This document shows, piece after piece, positions 53,898-60,622 of a DNA stretch of 64,000 nucleotides; the first letter of the stretch is position 1, and each line of letters starts with the position of its first letter. Position numbers and translations under genes: made by a program. The DNA is taken from positions 108,987-172,986 of the forward strand of contig CAVUMU010000002.1 of the NCBI GenBank assembly GCA_963742755.1. The letters are read 5' to 3'. The notes under the pieces are model-generated. The model was not told where the DNA came from. It ran no database searches and saw nothing but the letters and a program-made list of their open reading frames with translations. Source of the stretch: an uncultured Gemmatimonadales bacterium. GTDB taxonomy: Bacteria > Gemmatimonadota > Gemmatimonadetes > Gemmatimonadales > GWC2-71-9.

Positions 53898-54926
53898 GTG
53901 GCCGAGCAGGAGCTGAAAGACATATCCATCATCGGCGGAGGCCCAACCGGCCTGTTTGCCGCATTCTACGCGGGCATGCGTGGGGCGTCGGCGCGCATCA
54001 TCGACGCACTCCCGGCGCTGGGCGGCCAGCTGATGGCCCTCTACCCAGAGAAGTACATCTTCGATGTAGCGGGCTTTCCCAAGGTACTGGCCAAGGATCT
54101 GGTCAGGGACATGGCGACGCAGGCGCTGCAGTTCGGAGCCACTACCCACCTGGGCGAGATCGTGACCGGACTCCGGCGGGTGGAGGAGAACGGAGCCAGT
54201 CACTTCGTGCTCGAGACTTCGGAGTCCGAGTATCCCACGCGGACGATCGTAATTGCCGCGGGTATCGGCGCGTTCGAGGCTCGGAAGCTGGGCATCGAGG
54301 GCGAGGATGGTTTCGAGGAGAAAGGGCTCTACTTCAAGGTGCTGGACCCGAAACAGTTCCAGGGTCAGCGGGTGCTTCTGGTGGGCGGCGGCGATTCCGC
54401 GTTCGACTGGGCGGTGAACCTGCAGGGCATTGCGAAGTCCATCACCCTCATCCACCGGCGCGACGGGTTCCGGGCCCACCAGGCAACAATCAGCCAGGTG
54501 CAGGAATTTCAGCGCGCCGGGAAATGCGATCTGCGCACCTTCTGGGAGGTCAGAGCCCTACACGGCAACGGCAAGGTCGAGCGGGTCACCATCTTCAACA
54601 GCAAGACCAAGCAAGAGGAGACGCTCGATATGGACGCGGTCATCCCACTGCTCGGGTTCCACTCCGACCTCGGGGCTATCAAGGAATGGGGGCTCGATAC
54701 CGAGAAGGCCGACATCAAAGTGGATCAGGTCATGGCCACCAACGTGCCCGGGATCTACGCCGCGGGGGACATCACCAACTATCCCGGTAAGCTCAAGTTG
54801 ATCGCCACCGGCGCGGGCGAGGCCTGCATCGCGGTGAACAATGCGGTGCACTGGATCAATCCCAAGGCCAAGGTGAATCCGGGACATTCATCCAATATGG
54901 CGCTCTTCGGGCAGAAGGACGATTAG
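53898..54926 (+). CDS. Thioredoxin-reductase-like ferredoxin-NADP(+) reductase
   Basis: GTG 53898, preceded by AGAGGAGA. 342 aa. ISIIGGGPTGLFAAFYAGMRG, ALGGQL, GGGDSAFDWA and AAGDI motifs. Confidence 0.85.
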   Translation: MAEQELKDISIIGGGPTGLFAAFYAGMRGASARIIDALPALGGQLMALYPEKYIFDVAGFPKVLAKDLVRDMATQALQFGATTHLGEIVTGLRRVEENGASHFVLETSESEYPTRTIVIAAGIGAFEARKLGIEGEDGFEEKGLYFKVLDPKQFQGQRVLLVGGGDSAFDWAVNLQGIAKSITLIHRRDGFRAHQATISQVQEFQRAGKCDLRTFWEVRALHGNGKVERVTIFNSKTKQEETLDMDAVIPLLGFHSDLGAIKEWGLDTEKADIKVDQVMATNVPGIYAAGDITNYPGKLKLIATGAGEACIAVNNAVHWINPKAKVNPGHSSNMALFGQKDD

Positions 54927-54990
54927 CGGGAGAGCGGAAAGGCGGGAAAGGCGGGAAAGGCGGGAAAGGCGGGAAGGACGGGAAGGAGGG
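54926..54990 (+). repeat. Purine-rich 9-mer tandem array, about 7 units (GGCGGGAAA core x3 perfect), starting at the stop codon
   Basis: GCGGGAGA GCGGAAA GGCGGGAAA GGCGGGAAA GGCGGGAAA GGCGGGAAG GACGGGAAG GAGGG. Read directly. I could find no convincing inverted partner. Confidence 0.9.
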
Positions 54991-55020
54991 CCGCGAGTCA
55001 TCCCGAGCCCTTCGCCCTGC

Positions 55021-56298
55021 TCAGGGTAAACTCTGCGAGGGATCGCTCATCGTGACGTCTGCTCGAGATCGTAGGGATACCTGCCCCCATGCCAGGCTCA
55101 ACCCAAACAGAAGCAGCATCACCCACGCAAAGACACTGTAACCGGCCAGGTAGTGATGGAGACGACTGCCGATCAGATCGCGCCCCAGTCCCAGGACCAG
55201 GATGCCTCCCCACGCCAGTCCCAGCGCTATCCGCCCCGCTCGTCCGAACCGAGTAAAATCCAGCGCGAAGAAGGCATAGAAAACGAACAGGAGCGTGACC
55301 AGGTGCGCCTTCCAGGTGATTCCTGACAACAGGTGGCCTGCCAGGAAAACGCTGGAGATCTCGAGCGCTCCGATTTGCCGCTTTGCGAGCCTCAACCGCA
55401 CCAGATGGGTCAGGAAGGCTGCCAGTAATCCCAATGCCAGCACCCGATAGATCCTGGGGGCGGCTGGGGCGAGGGATGGCACGTAGGCGTATTCGTAGGG
55501 CGGCACATCTTCGGCTGCTGCCGGAACGGCGGCCCGGTAGACCAGAGCGGCAAGATTCTGGTTCCGATAATTCGTAAGCACCCCTCCCGAAGCGAACTGC
55601 TGAAGAAAACTTCCATAGTAGTCCTTCAGGTCCGCCGACCCCTGCGCCACTCCTCGCTGAGCGACCGGCAGCACCAGGCACAGCACCCCAGCTACGGCGA
55701 TGGCTGCGACAGTGCGCCGGCTTCCGCGAATCACGGCCCAAACGAGAAAGAAGACGGGTGTGAGCTTGATGGCGGTTGCCGCCGCGAGCCAGCCTCCGGC
55801 CGCCGCCTTCTGCCTCGACACGAACGCCTGTACTCCCAGGAGGCAGAGAACGAAGATCACCAGATTCACCTGAACGTGTGCCAGGTTGTCCAGCATGAAT
55901 CCGGCAGAGCAGAGCACAGCCAGGGCCAGCGGGAGCGCGCCCGGCCGTGGTGGCGGCTGCAACCGCTGGACGATGTCGCGGGATAGCCCAACCGCGAGGA
56001 GGATGAGTCCGACACTCGCCACGTAGAAAAACAGCGCCGCCGTTTTCAGCGGAAAGAGGCCGAGGATCTGGAAGACCTGAGCTGCGAAAGGCGGATAGTT
56101 GAAGTGGCGGGCGCCGGGAAGCGACTGGTAGAGCGGCAGTCCGTGGGCAAAATCGTAGCCTGCCTGCCAGAACACATGGAAATCGGTGCCAACGTCCTGC
56201 TTGGCGGCTCGACGGGCCGCCGCAGCGATGATCACCACTCCAAGGAGGAGGGCTCCGAGGGCTCGGCTCCAGTACCACGGCCCCCTCTTATCGCTCAC
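55021..56298 (-). CDS. GT87/DUF2029-family polytopic membrane glycosyltransferase-like protein
   Basis: 425 aa, about 10 TM helices. N-terminal TDFHVFWQAGYDFAHGLPLYQ...FNYPPFAA is typical of DUF2029 mannosyltransferase-like proteins. Confidence 0.7.
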   Translation of the reverse strand: MSDKRGPWYWSRALGALLLGVVIIAAAARRAAKQDVGTDFHVFWQAGYDFAHGLPLYQSLPGARHFNYPPFAAQVFQILGLFPLKTAALFFYVASVGLILLAVGLSRDIVQRLQPPPRPGALPLALAVLCSAGFMLDNLAHVQVNLVIFVLCLLGVQAFVSRQKAAAGGWLAAATAIKLTPVFFLVWAVIRGSRRTVAAIAVAGVLCLVLPVAQRGVAQGSADLKDYYGSFLQQFASGGVLTNYRNQNLAALVYRAAVPAAAEDVPPYEYAYVPSLAPAAPRIYRVLALGLLAAFLTHLVRLRLAKRQIGALEISSVFLAGHLLSGITWKAHLVTLLFVFYAFFALDFTRFGRAGRIALGLAWGGILVLGLGRDLIGSRLHHYLAGYSVFAWVMLLLFGLSLAWGQVSLRSRADVTMSDPSQSLP

Positions 56299-56334
56299 CG
56301 CCTACGCTTTTCCCGGCCGGGCGTCTCTCGACTC

Positions 56335-57843
56335 TCACCGCACGCCTTTCGCCATTTCCACAACCACACTGTCGATCACACCCAGAATCGACCGGGAGGA
56401 CTGGGCGTGGTGGTTCGCCTGCACGGAGAAGGTCAGGAATCTTCCCCGATCGAGCTCGACGTAGCCGGAGAGGGTGTTGACCCGGGAGATGCTTCCGGTT
56501 TTCCCTCGTACCCGGCCGGCGAGCGAGGTCCCCACGAATCGGGTTCGGAGCGAGCCGGTGGCGCCTGCCTGCGGGAGCCCGGCCGCAAACGTGGGATAGT
56601 GCCGGTGCCGCCGGATGAAGCGGAGAATCTGGGTGAATGCCAGGGGGCTTACCAGGTTGGTGCTGGAGAGACCGGAGCCGTCGCTCAGCGATATTTGGGT
56701 CGAGTCCACCCGCACCGAATCGATCAGAAAGCGCCGCTCCACCTCCAGGCCTTCGGGCCAGGAGCCGCCCCGGCCGAACTGCTTGCCGAGCTGCTTCAAC
56801 AACATCTCCGCGAACCAGTTCTGACTGGTGTTCAGAATGGGAAAGATCCAGTCGCGCAGCGGGCGGGAGAATACCTCCGCCAGTGGGGGGGTCGCCCGTA
56901 AACCGGCGTAAAGAGTGGAGTCGGTGGTGGAACGGGTGGTGCCTGCAACCGAGATACCTGCGTCTGCCAGTGCCTGACGCAGGGCTCGCGCGGCGTACAG
57001 GTTGGGATCCGGCAGCGCGAACGACTCGATGCGCCGCGGATTGTCCATGGCCACGGTGCCTTCGGCCCAGATTCGGAGGGTCCCAGGATGCCGGAAGAAG
57101 CGGTCCCCGATGTCCGACTCCCCCCCGGGCGGGACCGTGACCGTGCGGTTCTCGAAGGCGATGTCTCCGAGATCCGGACTCATCGAGATCACGGCGGGTG
57201 CACCGGGCCCGGGCCCCGGCTGCCAGGTGAAGTCGACGCTATTGTCGTGGAAGCCGAGCCCCGAGACCGGCGCGGCATACCACCAGTTGAGATCAAACTG
57301 CTCCCAATTCGGGTGGATCAAGGTGGGCTCGAAGTAGCTGCCGTCCCCTACCACGTCTCCGGCAATCAGCTGCACCCCCAGGCTTCGGAGCGAGTCGGCC
57401 AGCTGCCGCAGCCGGCCGAGCGGATCGGTGTCGCACACGCCGACGAGGGTGGAGTCGGTGGCGTAACAGCGGCGATCCATGGTCGGATCGCCCCGGCCGT
57501 AGAGCAGCAAATCCCCCAGGAGGACGCCGCCCACCACCGGCCCGCCGTAGACACTGGTCTTCACCCGCCAGTCGGGTGGGAGAAGCGCGGAGGCAACAGC
57601 GCTGACAACCAGCTTGGTGTTGCTGGCGGGAATGAAGAGACGATCCGCATTCCGGCCGTAGACCAGCCGCCCACTCTGGTCCGCCAGTGCCACGCCCCAG
57701 AGCTGCCGGTTGAACGGTGGACGGTCCAGGCGAGCATCGAGGCGCTTGGCCAGGGATTGGGCGGCTGCGCCGGCCGAGAGGACGGAGAGGACGCAGAGGG
57801 CACAGAAGGCTCGCAGCAACCCCCGTCTCCATCCTGTCACCAC
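56335..57843 (-). CDS. dacB: D-alanyl-D-alanine carboxypeptidase/endopeptidase, PBP4 (S13) family
   Basis: GTG 57843 (or 57840). Signal peptide LCVLSVLSAGAAAQ. SxxK motif FIPASNTKL. The ORF-track extension to 57915 only translates the 9-mer array (EDGEGGEGGEDGK). Confidence 0.85.
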   Translation of the reverse strand: MVTGWRRGLLRAFCALCVLSVLSAGAAAQSLAKRLDARLDRPPFNRQLWGVALADQSGRLVYGRNADRLFIPASNTKLVVSAVASALLPPDWRVKTSVYGGPVVGGVLLGDLLLYGRGDPTMDRRCYATDSTLVGVCDTDPLGRLRQLADSLRSLGVQLIAGDVVGDGSYFEPTLIHPNWEQFDLNWWYAAPVSGLGFHDNSVDFTWQPGPGPGAPAVISMSPDLGDIAFENRTVTVPPGGESDIGDRFFRHPGTLRIWAEGTVAMDNPRRIESFALPDPNLYAARALRQALADAGISVAGTTRSTTDSTLYAGLRATPPLAEVFSRPLRDWIFPILNTSQNWFAEMLLKQLGKQFGRGGSWPEGLEVERRFLIDSVRVDSTQISLSDGSGLSSTNLVSPLAFTQILRFIRRHRHYPTFAAGLPQAGATGSLRTRFVGTSLAGRVRGKTGSISRVNTLSGYVELDRGRFLTFSVQANHHAQSSRSILGVIDSVVVEMAKGVR

Positions 57844-57879
57844 CTTTCCGTCTTCACCGCCCTCCCCGCCTTCTCCGTC
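57844..57879 (-). repeat. Purine-rich 9-mer tandem array x4 (minus-strand sense GACGGAGAA GGCGGGGAG GGCGGTGAA GACGGAAAG)
   Basis: Occupies essentially the whole 37-nt spacer between the ABC permease stop (57881-57883) and the dacB GTG (57843). Confidence 0.9.
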
Positions 57880-57880
57880 C

Positions 57881-58801
57881 TCAATCATACGCCACTCTTG
57901 GATCCACCCGCGCATACAGCAGGTCGGTCAGCAGGTTCACCATCACGAAGACCAGGCTGAGAAAGAGAATGCTCCCCTGTACCGCAGGGAGGTCACGCTT
58001 GTCGATGGCGGTGAGGACATAGCGGCCAACTCCAGGCCAGGAGAAAATGGTCTCAGTCAGAATGGAGCCGGTCAGATAACTGCCGAAGTCGAGCCCCAGT
58101 ACGGTGACAACGGGCAGAAGGGCATTTCGAAATCCGTGCGACAGTACCACCCGGCCTTCGTGCAATCCTTTGGCACGTGCTGTGCGAATAAAGTCGCTCT
58201 GGAGCACCTCCTGCATGGCCGCGCGCGTCATCCGCGACAAGAAGGCAACCGATCTCATACCCAGGGTGATGGCGGGAAGGATCAGGTAGATGAGCCCGGC
58301 CGATCCCGACGGTGGCAGCCAGCGCAAATGCACCGCGAAGATCAGGATCAGGATCAGGCCCACCCAATAGACCGGGAACGAGACCCCCAGGTAGGCGCCG
58401 AAAGTCGCGAACCGGTCGGCCCAGCTGCCCGGCCGCCAGGCTCCAAAGATGCCGACCGCGATGCCGACAACCGCGGCGAAGAGCATCGCGGCGCCGGCCA
58501 GCCGGAGCGTCGCGGGAAATCGCTCGAGCAGGTCCCGCAGGATCGGACGCCGGGTGATGTAACTGGTGCCGAGATCGCCCTGGAGAACGCCGCCGATGTA
58601 GTGCCCGAACTGCTGGTAGAGCGGGTCGTCCAGCCGCAGCTCGGCCCGGAGGCGGGCGAGCGTCTCGGCGTCGGCTCGCTCTCCGACCATCGCTTGCACC
58701 GGGTCTCCCGGGGCGACATAGAGCAGCAGGAAGGTGACCAGCAGCACGCCAAACAGGGTGGGGACGAGCAGCGCGAGCCGGTACAGGATGAACCGGCTCA
58801 C
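57881..58801 (-). CDS. ABC transporter permease, peptide/nickel (DppB/OppB-like)
   Basis: 306 aa. N-terminus FILYRLALLVPTLFGVLLVTFLLLYVAPGDP and an EAA-type loop region. Confidence 0.9.
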   Translation of the reverse strand: MSRFILYRLALLVPTLFGVLLVTFLLLYVAPGDPVQAMVGERADAETLARLRAELRLDDPLYQQFGHYIGGVLQGDLGTSYITRRPILRDLLERFPATLRLAGAAMLFAAVVGIAVGIFGAWRPGSWADRFATFGAYLGVSFPVYWVGLILILIFAVHLRWLPPSGSAGLIYLILPAITLGMRSVAFLSRMTRAAMQEVLQSDFIRTARAKGLHEGRVVLSHGFRNALLPVVTVLGLDFGSYLTGSILTETIFSWPGVGRYVLTAIDKRDLPAVQGSILFLSLVFVMVNLLTDLLYARVDPRVAYD

Positions 58802-60330
58802 CGGGTACGCGCTGCCTCCATCCAGCGCTGCCCGGTGAAGACCAGCGGAATCCGCCAGCCCTTGACGTCGGGCTGACTGGCCCAGATGTCCACCGGAAAC
58901 CAGAGAAAGATCCAGGGCGCCAGCTCGAAGACCCGGGCGTCGATCTGGCGCGATAGCCGGGTTTTCTCGGCTTCATCCGTCGTGGCACGGGCGCGGAGAA
59001 TCATGGAGTCAATTCCGGCGTCGGAGAGGAACGCGTAATTGCCGCCCGGACCTTTGTTGCGGGAGTGGAAGAGCGGGAAGTTGAAGTTCTCGGGGTCGGG
59101 GTAGTCCGCCCACCAGTCGGTGAGGAAGAGGTCGGCCTCGCCATTGCGCACCGCGGCGCGAGCGCTCGACGCATCCCGCTCCACAATCTCGGCCCGGATG
59201 CCGACCTCGGTCAGGTTCTGCTGAATGGACTGGGCCAGCCGGGCCAGCTCGGCGCGTTGCGTCCGCCAGAGCTTGATCGAGAAGCCGTTGGGGTAGCCTG
59301 CCTCGGCCAGAAGGTGCTTCGCCTTGGCAGGATCATACCCGTACGGCGCTCGGGTGGAGTCGTAACCCGCTATTCCCGGCGGCAGGGAGCCGGCCGCGAG
59401 CACCCCGCGATCGGACATGACGGTTCCGAGTAAGGTCCGGACATCCACCGCATGATTGAGGGCGCGGCGGACGCGCAGGTCCTTGAGAGGCCCCCGGGTG
59501 GTGTTGATCGCAACGTACAGGTCACGGAGCGCGGGCCGGCGCTGGAGCTCGTCGGCATGGGTCTGCTCCCAGCGCCGGGTCTCGCCTACCGGCACCTCGA
59601 CGACACTCAGCTGGCCGGCTTCGTACTCGGCCGCCTGAGTCAGAGGCTCCGGAATGATCCGGATTCTGAGGGTGTCGGATTTCGGCGCCCCGCCCCAGTA
59701 GCTCTCGTTCCTGGCCAGGATGATCGCATCGTCGTGTGACCAGGAGACGAACTTCCACGGTCCGCTTCCGGTGGGACCCTGATCGAAGTTGGGCGGGGTT
59801 GGTGTTGGAACGATGGCTGCTACCGGCATCGCCAGCAGCTTGGGAAAGACGTTGAGCGGTTCCTCCAGGGTCAGGACCAGGGACGAATCGTCGCGCACGA
59901 CGATTCCGGCTACATCCTTCGCCGACCCGGCGGCGTAGGCCCGGGCGCCGTGGATCGGGTACAAGGGCCAGCTCCGGCCGCCGGTGCTGCCCGGCGCCAG
60001 GGCCCGCAGCAAGGACGCGCGCACGTCCGCCGCCTTGATCGGGCGGCCGTCGTGAAATGTGGCGTTCTGGCGGAGACGAAAAGTGTAGACCCGGCCGGCG
60101 GCATCGGTCTCCCAGCTTCGGGCCAGCCCCGGCTTCAGCTGGGCGTCGGCATCAAACTGCGTCAGATTGTCGAACAGCTGGGAAACGACCTCGCCGGTGG
60201 GCACGTCGGTGGACAAAGCCGGGTCCAGTGATCGAGGGTCGTAGGTGAAATAGTAGTTGAGGGTTTCGTCGCTGCCCTGATCGCCGCAGGCAGAGATGAT
60301 TAAAGCAGTCGCGATAAGAAATTGGCGCAT
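58798..60330 (-). CDS. ABC transporter substrate-binding protein, family 5 (peptide/nickel), lipoprotein
   Basis: ATG 60330, 510 aa. Lipobox LIISAC. The mature part begins with the typical SBP_bac_5 pattern (YFTYDPRSLDPA...). Confidence 0.85.
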   Translation of the reverse strand: MRQFLIATALIISACGDQGSDETLNYYFTYDPRSLDPALSTDVPTGEVVSQLFDNLTQFDADAQLKPGLARSWETDAAGRVYTFRLRQNATFHDGRPIKAADVRASLLRALAPGSTGGRSWPLYPIHGARAYAAGSAKDVAGIVVRDDSSLVLTLEEPLNVFPKLLAMPVAAIVPTPTPPNFDQGPTGSGPWKFVSWSHDDAIILARNESYWGGAPKSDTLRIRIIPEPLTQAAEYEAGQLSVVEVPVGETRRWEQTHADELQRRPALRDLYVAINTTRGPLKDLRVRRALNHAVDVRTLLGTVMSDRGVLAAGSLPPGIAGYDSTRAPYGYDPAKAKHLLAEAGYPNGFSIKLWRTQRAELARLAQSIQQNLTEVGIRAEIVERDASSARAAVRNGEADLFLTDWWADYPDPENFNFPLFHSRNKGPGGNYAFLSDAGIDSMILRARATTDEAEKTRLSRQIDARVFELAPWIFLWFPVDIWASQPDVKGWRIPLVFTGQRWMEAARTR

Positions 60331-60344
60331 TGTTGTCAATCGGA

Positions 60345-60435
60345 CAGCGGGGCAGGGGGCAGGGGGCAGGGGGCAGTAAAAGTTCACTGAGCCGGCTGAA
60401 CCGGGCAACCGCCCCGCGGCCCCGCGGCCCCGCTG
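60345..60435. repeat. GC-rich 7/8-mer-array inverted repeat, GGGGGCA / GCGGCCCC family (arms 60345-60376 and 60409-60435)
   Basis: CAGCGGGGCA GGGGGCA GGGGGCA GGGGGCA G ... CCGCCCC GCGGCCCC GCGGCCCC GCTG. The outer 9 bp CAGCGGGGC/GCCCCGCTG are perfectly complementary. Confidence 0.85.
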
Positions 60436-60622
60436 ACGTTGACACCACGGCGTAAGGTGGTCAAACTACCGGGCTTACGGCGCGCCGTCAATCGGCTCTC
60501 GGTTTCCCCGGTGGGCGTAAGATCCTCCTTCTGGAGTGTGGCATTTTACCTCACCGACCGCGGCTCCGTCCGTCCCCTGCGACCATCGGGAGTTTGTTCC
60601 TGGCCGGCGCATCCTGCCGCCG

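Noticed and set aside
54998-56278. 426-aa same-strand alternate-frame ORF overlapping the GT87-like gene. A similar case is 28494..29606 over the aldo/keto reductase.
   Set aside because: The composition is Arg/Pro/Gly/Ser-dominated, with no hydrophobic helices or motifs. The other frame encodes a coherent polytopic membrane protein (or the AKR), so the alternate frame is not credible.
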